From: a bacterium
Lineage (GTDB): Bacteria > Krumholzibacteriota > Krumholzibacteriia > G020349025
Reading direction: 5' to 3'
Length of the DNA stretch: 64,000 nt
Assembly: GCA_031362565.1 (NCBI GenBank)
Contig: JANLSU010000119.1
Location: 33,398-97,397 of the forward strand
How positions within the stretch are numbered: position 1 is the stretch's first letter; each line of letters starts with the position of its first letter. Shown here in pieces: positions 1 through 9,884 of the stretch. The translations under genes were made by a program, and so were the position numbers. Under the pieces are notes generated by a model. It had not been told where the DNA came from and did not search any database. It worked only from the letters and a program-made list of their open reading frames with translations.

Positions 1-1173
1 GCCGACGGCGCGTCCGTCATGCAAGTACGGTCCGCTCACCCTCAATCCCCACAGCGGTGCCGTCCGCATCTCGCGTCCCTTTGCCTGCCCCTGCTCGATC
101 CCGTCGCCAAGTGACCCCATGTCATGCAGAAGAAGATCCGAGAACGGGAAGATGCGGCGGAAGGAGAGCGCCGCGACACCGCGCACTTCGCCGGTGATGA
201 ACGACGGCTGATGACAACGCGCGCACTGGACGCCGGCGAAAACGCGCGAGCCACGCACGACCGCATCGGTGGGTGGTCCAGCGACGGGTGGTGGTGCCAG
301 AAAGCGCATGAAGTCCGCGAACTTCTCGACCCCGTCGCTCATACCGTTGCCGTCAAGATCCGCGTCCTCCATTTCACTTCCAGGTGCGCCGTCATCACAG
401 ACGATCGCGCCACCTTGCGGGGCGCTTTCGTTCGGGAACAGGTTGTTGGTGATTCCCATTTCATTCAAGTATGCGTCGCCGGCAAACGCCAACACCGAAG
501 GCACCTGAGCCTTCCAGCCGAAGCGCCCGATTGCCAGGCGATTCGTGACCGGATTTGTGACCATGTTCGGCCTTCCCGAGATTCCGTCGCGATTCCGATC
601 GTTCGGATCCGCCAGCGCACGCAGGGCGAAATCAGGGATCGCATCGAGCAAACCCAACCCGAAGAGCGGCGTCGTTTGGCGGCCCGCGACGATGTTCGCC
701 TCGAAGGGCACGTGTTCGGTGGGCTGAGCACAGTCACCGTTCTTGATGCCTTGGGCTTGGATGAGTGAGCCACCGAATTGCGACAGTGGGTTGAAGCTAC
801 CGTCGGCGTTGCGTTTGCCGAAGCGGGTTTCGATACCAGTGCCGGCGCCGCCGATCCCACCTTGGATGTGGCATGCGACGCAACTCACATCGTTGAATAC
901 CGGCCCGAGACCGTCTTCCGGTAGTTCGATTTCTTCGAATTCGTCTTTGCCGGCGCCAAAACGCGATAGAAGTGCGGCTGGCAATCCCGGCAGTGGATTG
1001 CCAAAGTCCAAAGACGACGATTCGATCACCGCTTTTTCGCAGTCTTGGACGAGCAGAGCCTCGTCCGTGACGCCGGGCGTGTCGGCCTGTGGGTCGGGGG
1101 ACACGGCGTCTTCGCCACATCCGGTACACCACAGGACCATCACGACCGCGACGCCAAAGCGCACGCGATGCAT
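1..1173 (-). CDS. Di-heme oxidoreductase (DHOR/thiol-oxidoreductase-like) lipoprotein, 3' end runs off the window
   Basis: Absent from the ORF track because there is no stop in the window. Manual translation from ATG 1173 (RBS GAGGAG) gives MHRVRFGVAVVMVLWCTGC (lipobox-like), GLGPVFNDVSCVACH, TPLFGLGLLDAIPD, GRFGWKA, CARCH, FSDLLLHDMG, RTAPLWGL, PYLHDGRA. Two CxxCH heme-c motifs. Confidence 0.88.
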   Translation of the reverse strand, partial: MHRVRFGVAVVMVLWCTGCGEDAVSPDPQADTPGVTDEALLVQDCEKAVIESSSLDFGNPLPGLPAALLSRFGAGKDEFEEIELPEDGLGPVFNDVSCVACHIQGGIGGAGTGIETRFGKRNADGSFNPLSQFGGSLIQAQGIKNGDCAQPTEHVPFEANIVAGRQTTPLFGLGLLDAIPDFALRALADPNDRNRDGISGRPNMVTNPVTNRLAIGRFGWKAQVPSVLAFAGDAYLNEMGITNNLFPNESAPQGGAIVCDDGAPGSEMEDADLDGNGMSDGVEKFADFMRFLAPPPVAGPPTDAVVRGSRVFAGVQCARCHQPSFITGEVRGVAALSFRRIFPFSDLLLHDMGSLGDGIEQGQAKGREMRTAPLWGLRVSGPYLHDGRAVG

Positions 1174-1593
1174 GGCTTTCTCCTCGCAGTTGTTTCGCTA
1201 CAGAGACACGTCGGCCATGCATTCTGCGCATGCTTCTGCGCTGGGGCACGGAAGCACGAGCGGTCACACCGGGGGCTTGGGGTTCGTGACGATTTGTTCA
1301 TGTGCATGGGGCGTACCGCGGCGGCGGCAGACCGGGCGTTTCCGGCGCTCGTCGGTTCGAATTCATGACGTTGCGATGGAACAGCGAAGTCGCGACAGGC
1401 ATAGAGCGCAGAACATCCGGTGGACTCGAACCTCGCCGCAGAAGCACGACAAAGAATCGCCGGTAAAGCATGTGTCGTGAATGACGCTGCCGCAGCGCCG
1501 GTGTGTCCCGATACACCCGGTGGATCACCCGAGAACGGCCTTCTGTGCGCAATCCGACCCGTGTCGTTCCGACGCAACGATTTCAGACGCCGG

Positions 1594-2502
1594 TCAGCGG
1601 TACAGCGCCTTTACGGCATCCCAGCCGACGTGATTCGCGCTCAGCACATTGGAGGTCGTGAAGCTCCACACCGGACTCGTCGCCATGCCACAGTCGAAAT
1701 CCGGCGTTTCGGAGACGCTCCAGTAGTACGTCGTTTCCGGCAACAGCGGCCCTGGATCGAACTGGAGTGGTGCTTCGAAATTGAGATACACGAGCGGCGG
1801 CGCGGGATCCGTGCCGAAGTGGATCGCGGCGTTCGCCGTCCCAATACCGCAGCACACGAAGCGCCCGACGAGTTCCCATGCGAGTTGCGCGTCCATCTCG
1901 ACGTTCGTGGCATGGTCCGGCGGGCTTGGATTCGCGGGGCTCGGAATCCGTGGTCCAGGCGAGTAGTCGCCCCCGCCGACGCATTGTTTCGTGAACGTCG
2001 GCGCGTCGCAGAGTGTCACCAGCGGGCAATTGAAGTTCGGATTCCCCGGCGGAATGCGCCCATTCACGTGCAGCGTGAAGTCCGTCGGCGCGCCGGGAAG
2101 CGGTAGCAGGCTGACGGAGAACAGAGTCAGAAAGGCGCCATCGGCGGACTGACAGCCGGAGAAGGCCGTTTGACAACCGTCTCCAAAGGGATCACCGATG
2201 GTGACATTCGCGAGCGGATTCGGCGTCGACGTGTGAAGATACTCCGGCGGAAGTCCGCTGATGGAAAACTCCGCACCCGAGATCCCGGCCGGCGAGCCGA
2301 GCTGGACGACGATGTAGTTCGATTGGCCGGGGCCGGTATTGACGTAGCAGTTGGTGCCATCGGCTGCACCGAAGACCGAAATCGCGACGCCGGAAGCCTG
2401 GGTTGGAACGGTGGCAGACACGAACAGAGCCACGCCGCATACGAGCCACGCACTCCGTTGTGAAACGTGCAGAATGGTGCGGCGAATGCGCCATCGGGTC
2501 AT
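1594..2502 (-). CDS. Secreted Cys-containing protein with FN3-like C-terminal module and short C-terminal tail VGWDAVKALYR
   Basis: ATG 2502 preceded by GAGGTG; signal-peptide-like N-terminus; PSPANPSPPDHAT...LLPETTYYWSV...SPVWSFTT FN3-like signature. Confidence 0.7.
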   Translation of the reverse strand: MTRWRIRRTILHVSQRSAWLVCGVALFVSATVPTQASGVAISVFGAADGTNCYVNTGPGQSNYIVVQLGSPAGISGAEFSISGLPPEYLHTSTPNPLANVTIGDPFGDGCQTAFSGCQSADGAFLTLFSVSLLPLPGAPTDFTLHVNGRIPPGNPNFNCPLVTLCDAPTFTKQCVGGGDYSPGPRIPSPANPSPPDHATNVEMDAQLAWELVGRFVCCGIGTANAAIHFGTDPAPPLVYLNFEAPLQFDPGPLLPETTYYWSVSETPDFDCGMATSPVWSFTTSNVLSANHVGWDAVKALYR

Positions 2503-2646
2503 GACGACACCTCGCTTTACAACAGCGCCGGGGCGCCGGGGTGATGCAGGTGGGTGAATTGTACTCCCGCCGCCGGGTCGCAGCAAGACGGCGCGAAGCC
2601 GATGGTACTTCGTGGAGCGTTGGGCCTGGCCCGTGCGGTGATCGCT

Positions 2647-3909
2647 CTAACGGCGGGCGCGTCGCCAAGCGAAGCCCAACGACACCGTGCTGATAAGGTC
2701 TTCGCGCGACCGGGTGGGACTGCTGGCGGCAAGCGCATCCAATTCCTCGACGAAACCGAGGCTCATGGAGAACTCACCGAGCCGCAACGGCCACACGTAC
2801 GCCAACCATGCCCCCGAGTAGGCGAGAGATTTCTTGAACCGCTCGTCGTAGACCGCCTGCAGTTCGAGATGCAGGCGCGGCACGAGCCTCTGGTCGAACC
2901 GCACGTCGTAGTGGTCGTAGCTGATGAGCTGGCGGTGGGCGGCGTGAACCCGCGAACCGAACCCGGCATACTCGAGCCGCGCCCAGGCGCCGCTCCACGG
3001 CCGTGCATCGACATCGAATCCGATGAGATAGTTGGGGTCGGCGCGATTCAAGAACGTCGCGCGCGCGTCGCGGTCGTCGCCGTAGTGAGCGCGAATGCCC
3101 CAGTCGTACCAACGCAACGCCGGCGTGATGCCGAAGCGCTCCACACCGATGCGGAAGAGATCGAGCCTGGTGGTGATCTCGAGCGGCTGATACGACGGCG
3201 TGCCGTTGGCGATGCGGAGCGTCGCACCGGTTCGATGTCCGGTCCGCTCCGGCGTCACGCGCAAGATTCCAAGTTCGATTCCGCCCTGCGACTCCCACCA
3301 CTGCCGGTCCACCCATTTGTCGGAGCGTTCGAAAAGTTCCTCGAGACGCGCGACGGCGAGCACCGTTTCGGCCGGCGCAAAGGCGCGCGGCGCGGTGGAT
3401 GGCGGTAGTGCCGTGCCGGGCGATTGCGCGCCGATCGCCTGCCGCAGCGCGTCGATTTCGCGGCGCAAGGTCGCCAGCGAATCCTCGAGCACCTTCGAGC
3501 GCGGTTCGACGTAGACTCGTACCTCGGCACGACCGGTCGTACGCACGAATCCGAGCGGCGACACGCCGAGATACTGCGCCACATTCTGCCAGCGCGTTTC
3601 GCCAAGCCGTTCACTCAAACGCTCGGACGCCTTCGGCGTGACCTTGAAATACCGGCTCGGGTCGTGATCGCCCTCGAAGGAATAGATGTAGCCGGCCGGC
3701 GGATAGCGTCGCAGGAGATCGTCAAGAACGGCGCGGTGTTCTGGGAGAAGTTCAGCCAGGCCAGGATCGAAAGCCAGAGTCGCAACCGAGGCCCGAACCT
3801 GGGCGACGGCCGCGGCCGGCGGGTCGAACAGGGCGAACAGCCCCACGAATACGAGCCCACGGCGCAAGGCGCGACGAACCGCGCGGCACACTTCGAAACG
3901 AGTGGCCAT
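2647..3909 (-). CDS. Exported protein: degenerate OmpA-like domain, coiled coil, probable C-terminal beta-barrel
   Basis: Signal peptide ending AAAVAQ; LAFDPGLAELLPEHRAVLDDL...EGDHD...LSERL...VAQYLG resembles OmpA_C; C-terminal half has alternating amphipathic strands ending VSLGFAW. Confidence 0.55.
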   Translation of the reverse strand: MATRFEVCRAVRRALRRGLVFVGLFALFDPPAAAVAQVRASVATLAFDPGLAELLPEHRAVLDDLLRRYPPAGYIYSFEGDHDPSRYFKVTPKASERLSERLGETRWQNVAQYLGVSPLGFVRTTGRAEVRVYVEPRSKVLEDSLATLRREIDALRQAIGAQSPGTALPPSTAPRAFAPAETVLAVARLEELFERSDKWVDRQWWESQGGIELGILRVTPERTGHRTGATLRIANGTPSYQPLEITTRLDLFRIGVERFGITPALRWYDWGIRAHYGDDRDARATFLNRADPNYLIGFDVDARPWSGAWARLEYAGFGSRVHAAHRQLISYDHYDVRFDQRLVPRLHLELQAVYDERFKKSLAYSGAWLAYVWPLRLGEFSMSLGFVEELDALAASSPTRSREDLISTVSLGFAWRRARR

Positions 3910-4058
3910 GTCGGAAGCGTGGGCGTCTTTCGACCAGCAGACAAGACTTTTCGGCGCGAAATTACATGCTCGCGTGTGGAATCACACCAGAGCGGCGGTA
4001 GTGAACGTCGTGCGAATCACTCCAGCCAGCAGAGTCTGGATTGCGGTGACTGGAAGGC

Positions 4059-4736
4059 TCAGTTTCGATAGAGGAGTTTGACGTCCGACCAGGAGCGGTC
4101 TTCGATTCCCGCCACGCCTCCCGGTTTGTGCGCTCCAAGATCCGCCCACTGATACAACTGGAACTTGGCGGGATCACCGGCGGGCTTGGAGAGATCCACC
4201 GCGATCACGAAGTAACCGCGCCCGCCGATCAGGTAGTCGGATTCACCCGACGTCTTGAAAAATACCGTCGTGTTCCAATCGCCGGCAAAGCACTGCCAGT
4301 GCGTGTCGTCGAGTCCGGTCGGATTGCTCCTGGAGCGGTAGAACTCGTGCCGTTCTTCGAGTTCGCTGCCCGCCGACAGCGTCGCGTCGACGGACACGAT
4401 CCACAGGCTTGGATCGAGAGGCGGCTCGTTGGCCGGAACGTGCTCCGGGTCGAACATGCGGCGGTGAATACGCAGTTCTTCGTCCCGGCCCCAAGAGTCC
4501 ACGCCATCCGGCGTGGGCCGGTCCAACACGAACCGGAAGTCGGGGTGCAGCAATGCCGCGAACGCCGCATAGTCGCGGTGCATGTACGCGACCTTCAGTG
4601 CTTCGACGGCGTTCGTGGGTTGCGGTGTGCCGCCCGAATTCTTTGGCCCTGCCGGCCCGGACCCTGCACCGCACGACAAGCCAGCGACTGCAAGCAAGGC
4701 CGCGAACAACACGATCCAGCGTTGCGACAATTTCAT
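4059..4736 (-). CDS. Lipoprotein, NTF2/SnoaL-like fold, C-terminal tail SWSDVKLLYRN
   Basis: RBS GAAGGAG; lipobox VAGLSC; ALKVAYMHRDYAAFAALLHPDFRF...WGRDEE is an NTF2-like start. Confidence 0.7.
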   Translation of the reverse strand: MKLSQRWIVLFAALLAVAGLSCGAGSGPAGPKNSGGTPQPTNAVEALKVAYMHRDYAAFAALLHPDFRFVLDRPTPDGVDSWGRDEELRIHRRMFDPEHVPANEPPLDPSLWIVSVDATLSAGSELEERHEFYRSRSNPTGLDDTHWQCFAGDWNTTVFFKTSGESDYLIGGRGYFVIAVDLSKPAGDPAKFQLYQWADLGAHKPGGVAGIEDRSWSDVKLLYRN

Positions 4737-4754
4737 GATTTGTCACTCCTTCAG

Positions 4755-5675
4755 TCAGCGGCGCACGATGCGGGCCACCGGCGCCGGCGCCGCGGCACTC
4801 GCACCACCGCTCATCATCCGCACATAGTAGACCGCGGCGGGAACCGGCCGCGCCTGCGAGTCGCGGCCATCCCACACGACATGGAAAGGCCCGGAGCCCG
4901 TGAGACCGGCCGGGAGCGAGCGCACCAAGCGCCCGGCAACATCGAAAATACCGGCGCGATCACGGCCCGGTTCGACAGTGAATTCAATCAACTGGTCTCC
5001 GCGCCCGGGATTCGGGTAGACGCGGACCCAGGGCTGCGGTGTCGCGTTGGTCTGCGCCGGTGCGTCGGTCGGTGGGTTGGCGCGAAGTTGTACGCCGTTC
5101 AGCCCCGACAACAAGATTCCGCCGTACAGGCCCGAGTGCAGACCGATGTATCCGTTGCTCGTGAAGACATGGAAGCGGACGAACGTCACGCCGTCCTGGT
5201 GGAACCCGGCCCAAGCACCACCACACATCATCGGACCTGGCGAGCCCGAATCGACGCGCAAGCGGTTCTGATGCGCCGCGTCGCCGGGTGTCATCGCATA
5301 CAGGATGACCTCGTAGTCGCCGGCCGCCACGTGTTCGAACCAAATGCAAACGTCCGTCGGATTGTTGTCACCGATCAGCATGTCGTCGAGCAACGCTGCG
5401 TCGTTGGCGGTTGTGGTGGGATCATCCACCGCGAGGATCGCGTCGCCACCCGCCATGTAGATGTTGATTCCGGACGGGGAGCCATTGACTTGAGTCAGAG
5501 CCAGGCGCTGGTACTCGGGCAGCGCACCCACGGAGTTCCAGTATCCGGCCAGACCACGCGCCGCGTAGGTCGCCTGCGGCTTGGATGCCGGATCACCAAA
5601 GTCCACATTGATGGATTGTGCCGCGCAGCAAACGGGAACAGCGAGCGCGCTGAACACGAGCGCTAGCTTCCGCAT
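4755..5675 (-). CDS. Secreted protein, malectin/carbohydrate-binding-like domain plus FlgD-Ig-like C-terminal domain
   Basis: ATG 5675 after GGAGG; MRKLALVFSALAVPVCCAAQ signal; SINVDFG start; VYPNPGRG...IFDVAGRLVRSL...WDGRDSQARPVPAAVYYVRM. Confidence 0.75.
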   Translation of the reverse strand: MRKLALVFSALAVPVCCAAQSINVDFGDPASKPQATYAARGLAGYWNSVGALPEYQRLALTQVNGSPSGINIYMAGGDAILAVDDPTTTANDAALLDDMLIGDNNPTDVCIWFEHVAAGDYEVILYAMTPGDAAHQNRLRVDSGSPGPMMCGGAWAGFHQDGVTFVRFHVFTSNGYIGLHSGLYGGILLSGLNGVQLRANPPTDAPAQTNATPQPWVRVYPNPGRGDQLIEFTVEPGRDRAGIFDVAGRLVRSLPAGLTGSGPFHVVWDGRDSQARPVPAAVYYVRMMSGGASAAAPAPVARIVRR

Positions 5676-5777
5676 GGGTCCCTCCGATCGCGATGCGAGT
5701 CCTCCTAGAGCACGCGGGAATGGGCGCTGGCATCCAGGCCCCTCGCGCCGCCCGGCGGCGGCCTGGTTCATGGCGCG

Positions 5778-8700
5778 CTACCGCACGAGCGTCATGCGCC
5801 GCTGCCGCATCCCAGCCGGAGTTTCGAGGCGATACAGATATGTACCGCTCGCAACTGCCACGCCGCGGTCATCGCGTCCGTTCCACTGCGCGGAATGCTC
5901 ACCGGCCGTTTCGACTCCGCTGACGAGCCCGCGGACGAGCCGGCCGCGAACGTCATAGATGCCCAGCGTCACCTTGCCCGCCGTGGGCAATGCGTAGTCG
6001 ATCTTCGTAGTTGGATTGAACGGATTCGGCACGTTCTGCGCGAGCACGACATCGCGCGCCGGCGGCAGGTCGCCCGGATCCGACGTCGGTGCGTTCGGCT
6101 GAATGCGCAGGTTGTCGATGATCCATCCCCAACCGTTCGCGCCCGGATCCGCGAACAAGCGGAAGCGCAGCAGAACGATGTCGCCGGGTGCGAAGACGTT
6201 CAGCAAATTCATGTCGTGGGCGCGCAGCATTGCGGCGGTACCACTCGCTCCGTTGTTGAATGCAGTTTCCCATTCCGGATAGAGCCGGGCATCGTAGCCC
6301 GCCTCGATCGGTGTCCAGGTAATGCCATCTTTGGTGCCTTCGACGACGACATAGTCGTAGAAACTCGGGTCACCGAAGACCGTGCCCGGTTCCCCGGGTT
6401 CGACGATCGCCACGTCGTCGAAAAGCACATCGGCGTGCGCGCTGGCGACACGAATCGGCACCGTCAACATGTAGGTCAGGGTCGTGTTGTCGGCGTAGTT
6501 GTGCGGCGAATGGATGGCTTTGCCGACAAAGCCGGCATTGGTCGTCACCGTAAAGCCGTTGCCGACGAAATCGTTGCCCGCGGCTTCGAAATCATTGTTG
6601 TACTGGACGCGTGCCGCTTGGAACGTGAACACATTGATGGTTCGCGAGACGGACGGGTATTGAACGCCGCCGCGATAGCCCACTGCCATCACAACGCGGA
6701 TCCCGGGCGTGGTGACCGGGATTTGTATGAGCGCCGGGGCCTGCGCGACGTTCGCGGGCAGGGTGGTGACTCTTACGCCGTTCATCTGCACCTGCGTCGA
6801 ATCGTACGCTGACCGCAGGTTGAGCGCGATGTCGAGCTGGCCGTCGGGTCCCTGGTACAGATTGTCGATGAGCGGCTTGAAGGTCTTGCCGGCGATCAAC
6901 GACGGAATCTTCACGCTCCAGATTCCACGCCCATGGGTGCCGGCGACGACTTCGTCCTCCGATTCGGCCAGATCCCACACGCTGACGCTCGACAACCCAT
7001 TGTTCGCGAGCGCCCAGGTCGTGCCGCCGTTCGTCGACTCCACCAAGCCGATTTCGGTGGCCGCCCAAAGGTGCGTCGGATCGTCCGAGAATACGAGAAG
7101 ATCGTAGACTGCGACGTCGGGGAACCCATTGGTGCTCGGACTGCCGCCCTCGAAGCCGGTGATGTCGGACCAGGTGCTGCCCAGATTCGTCGTCTTCAGA
7201 ATCTTGGGGCGCCCGGCAAAGCTGAACAAAACGTACGCCGTGTTCTGATCCGTGGGATGCGTCGCGAGGCCCGAGATGCCGCCCATGGTCACGGTCGTAT
7301 AATTAGGAACCGCCGCAAACGTCGCCGCGCCGTTCGTCGACACATGAATGCGCGCTGTGGCGTCCATCCGCGCCCCGCCCCAGACGATACTCGGGTTGGC
7401 GCGCGAGATCTTCACGTCATGGAAGCTGCCGATCGCGCCCCAAGTCCCGACAGCGACCGGCGCCAGCGCCCAGCTCGCGCCAAAATTCGTCGAGCGCCAA
7501 ACACCCTGCCGGCCGACGGCACACAAGAAATCCGGCGATTGGTTGGTCTTGGCGATCTTGGTGATGAACGGCGCGTTGGCCGATCCAACGTCGGAGAGTC
7601 CCGAGGTCGCGGACGTCCAGGTGGCGCCGCCGTCCAAAGACCGCGCCAGGCCGTTGTACTGCGACCCGCCGATCATCTTGAGCGGGTCGTCGAAGTGCCA
7701 CGACGTCTCGTAGCCGTCGCCGCCGATGGCGTTGGTCCACGGCGTCAAACTGCTGGATCCGACCGGCGAGAACCACGTGCCGTTGTCCTGCATGCCGCCG
7801 AAGTAGGCCTGCGCGCCCGGCCGTTTGTCCGCGCCGTAGAACTGCGTCGTCGTCAGTCCGACGATCGGGTTCGACCAGTTGGTCGATGTGCTCGCAGAAA
7901 CCCCGATGCCGCCATCGTTGGTATTCAGCAAGCGCCAATTGGGACCCACCTGCAGAACGGCGAGTCCGTGGTGGTCGACGTGTACCGAGCCCGTCGAGAG
8001 CTGCGCCGTGGTGCGATTCGTGCCGCTCAGAGTGATCTTCCAGAGGCGAATGCCGCCCACGTACACAATGTTCGTGTTGGTTGGGTCACAAACGATCGTG
8101 TTGTCATACCAGCCTTGCGCGCCGAGCCAGTTGGGTTCGGTGCCCGTCTCGACGGTTCTGGACCAGCTCGTTCCGCCGTTCGTCGAGATCCACAACTCCG
8201 AATGCGCCGTGCCCTCGGCGGCGGCGTACAGGCGGTTCGGATCGAGGGGCGAGATCGCAATCTCGAAGCGCCCGGAGAGATCGGTAATCCCGGTGTTGAT
8301 ATAACTCCAGGTTTCGCCGGCATTGACCGACTTGACGATCCCCGCCTCGTCCACCGTGCCGTATTGAATATTGAAATTGGCCGGGTTCTCGACGATCTGC
8401 AAAATCTTCTTCACACGCCCGGCGGAGATGTCGGTCACCGCGAATTTCTCGACCCAGCTCAGCCCACCATCGACGGACTTGTAGATGCTCGAGCGCGGCA
8501 ATCCCGCCTCTTTGTAACGTCCAACGGTGCAGGCTGCAAGAACGATGTTCGGATCGGTGGGATCGACGATGATGCGCGCCACATTGTTAAAGGCGGGATT
8601 GTTGATCGTGGCCGCCAGATGCGTCCAGGTCGCGCCGCGGTCGATGGACTTGAGAATGCCGTTGCCGTTGATGACGTCGACGCTGTAGAAGCTCTCGCCC

Positions 8701-9281
8701 GTACCCACATACATCACGTTGTGGTTGCTTGCCGCCATCGCCAGCGACTGGCATGACAGGACGGGGAAATTCGCCGTCAATTCGGTCCAGGTTGCCCCGG
8801 TGTTGGTGGTTTTCCAAACGCCGCCACCCGCCGTGCCAATGAACCAGGTGTTGCGGTTCGGGTCATCCGGGTCGACGACGATCGCCAGCGCCCGGCCCGA
8901 GACGTTGCCGGGCCCGCGCGATAGCCAGGGAAGCGCCGTCGTGACCTTTTGCGTGGCGCGCGCCCGCGTCAGTTCGCGCACCCGGTAGCCCGCCGTGTAT
9001 TCGGGTTCTTGACGGTCAGCCGGAATCCGCATTTGCATCAAGATGCGCGCGAACTGATCCGGTTCGTCGAAGCCGGGACGGTTGTCCTCGTCCTCTTCCT
9101 CGCGGTCCGCCTGGTGCTTGGACCGAGGTTGGGCGTCGGCGTCGCGCTTGGACTCGAGAACCTGGGCCGCCGAACGCAGTGGCTCCGGCACGACTTGGCG
9201 GTCGAGCGCCACGCGCAGCACCAGAACCAATCCCAAGAGACTCGAGCTCGCGACCAGGGTTCCACGCCAGAGGTTTCGCAT
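5778..9281 (-). CDS. Large secreted BNR/Asp-box beta-propeller protein (VPS10/sialidase/xyloglucanase-like) with FlgD-Ig-like C-terminal domain
   Basis: WLSRGPGNVSGR start; many S/T-x-D/N-x-G-x-T/S-W Asp-boxes; HVDHH, GGMQDNGT and GTHGRGIW motifs; LAQNVPNPFNPTTKI...WNGRDDRG...SGTYLYRL. Confidence 0.88.
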   Translation of the reverse strand: MRNLWRGTLVASSSLLGLVLVLRVALDRQVVPEPLRSAAQVLESKRDADAQPRSKHQADREEEDEDNRPGFDEPDQFARILMQMRIPADRQEPEYTAGYRVRELTRARATQKVTTALPWLSRGPGNVSGRALAIVVDPDDPNRNTWFIGTAGGGVWKTTNTGATWTELTANFPVLSCQSLAMAASNHNVMYVGTGESFYSVDVINGNGILKSIDRGATWTHLAATINNPAFNNVARIIVDPTDPNIVLAACTVGRYKEAGLPRSSIYKSVDGGLSWVEKFAVTDISAGRVKKILQIVENPANFNIQYGTVDEAGIVKSVNAGETWSYINTGITDLSGRFEIAISPLDPNRLYAAAEGTAHSELWISTNGGTSWSRTVETGTEPNWLGAQGWYDNTIVCDPTNTNIVYVGGIRLWKITLSGTNRTTAQLSTGSVHVDHHGLAVLQVGPNWRLLNTNDGGIGVSASTSTNWSNPIVGLTTTQFYGADKRPGAQAYFGGMQDNGTWFSPVGSSSLTPWTNAIGGDGYETSWHFDDPLKMIGGSQYNGLARSLDGGATWTSATSGLSDVGSANAPFITKIAKTNQSPDFLCAVGRQGVWRSTNFGASWALAPVAVGTWGAIGSFHDVKISRANPSIVWGGARMDATARIHVSTNGAATFAAVPNYTTVTMGGISGLATHPTDQNTAYVLFSFAGRPKILKTTNLGSTWSDITGFEGGSPSTNGFPDVAVYDLLVFSDDPTHLWAATEIGLVESTNGGTTWALANNGLSSVSVWDLAESEDEVVAGTHGRGIWSVKIPSLIAGKTFKPLIDNLYQGPDGQLDIALNLRSAYDSTQVQMNGVRVTTLPANVAQAPALIQIPVTTPGIRVVMAVGYRGGVQYPSVSRTINVFTFQAARVQYNNDFEAAGNDFVGNGFTVTTNAGFVGKAIHSPHNYADNTTLTYMLTVPIRVASAHADVLFDDVAIVEPGEPGTVFGDPSFYDYVVVEGTKDGITWTPIEAGYDARLYPEWETAFNNGASGTAAMLRAHDMNLLNVFAPGDIVLLRFRLFADPGANGWGWIIDNLRIQPNAPTSDPGDLPPARDVVLAQNVPNPFNPTTKIDYALPTAGKVTLGIYDVRGRLVRGLVSGVETAGEHSAQWNGRDDRGVAVASGTYLYRLETPAGMRQRRMTLVR

Positions 9282-9324
9282 CGCGACGCTTCCTTCGGTT
9301 GAGATTTAGTGCCGGTGGCCGCGG

Positions 9325-9873
9325 CTATTCTACCATGGGAGCGTATTTTGCCGCAATTTTTACGATCGTGTTCATGTTGCGAACCGTGGCCGGGAGACCC
9401 AGCGCCTTCTCCAGGCCCACCTTGAAGAACGGCGACTCGCTCTGCTGGGCGTGGCAGAGCCAATAGGCTTCACGGCCGTGGACGTGGAAGGCATCGACTT
9501 TGGTCTCGCGGGCGAGCAGCGATTGCTTGGCCTTGGCCGGGACCGGGTCGTCGAGCAAGGCGACAAGAAGTGCCCGGGCCGATGCGCGCTCCGGTTCCGG
9601 GAACGCTTCGTACTGCGCAAGGGCCGCGAGTTCCGCTCCCGAGCGGATGAAAGTCTTGACCTCATAGCCAAGAGACTTGCGCAGGTGCGCTTCGATCTTC
9701 GTCTGCAGTGCCGGCATGCTCTTCGACGGTGAATCGAAAATCACATTGCCGCTCGCAATGAACGTCTCGACGTTCTTGAAAGACAGCCCTTCGAAGAGCC
9801 GGCACAATTCCTTCATCGTCACCGTGTGGCCACCGACGTTGATGGCGCGAAGGAACGCAAAGCATGTCGACAT
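9325..9873 (-). CDS. DUF1697 family protein
   Basis: FLRAINVGG, VETFIASGNVIF and TVRNMNT family motifs; real start is ATG 9873 inside the longer ORF. Confidence 0.88.
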   Translation of the reverse strand: MSTCFAFLRAINVGGHTVTMKELCRLFEGLSFKNVETFIASGNVIFDSPSKSMPALQTKIEAHLRKSLGYEVKTFIRSGAELAALAQYEAFPEPERASARALLVALLDDPVPAKAKQSLLARETKVDAFHVHGREAYWLCHAQQSESPFFKVGLEKALGLPATVRNMNTIVKIAAKYAPMVE

Positions 9874-9884
9874 GAGATCCCGTT

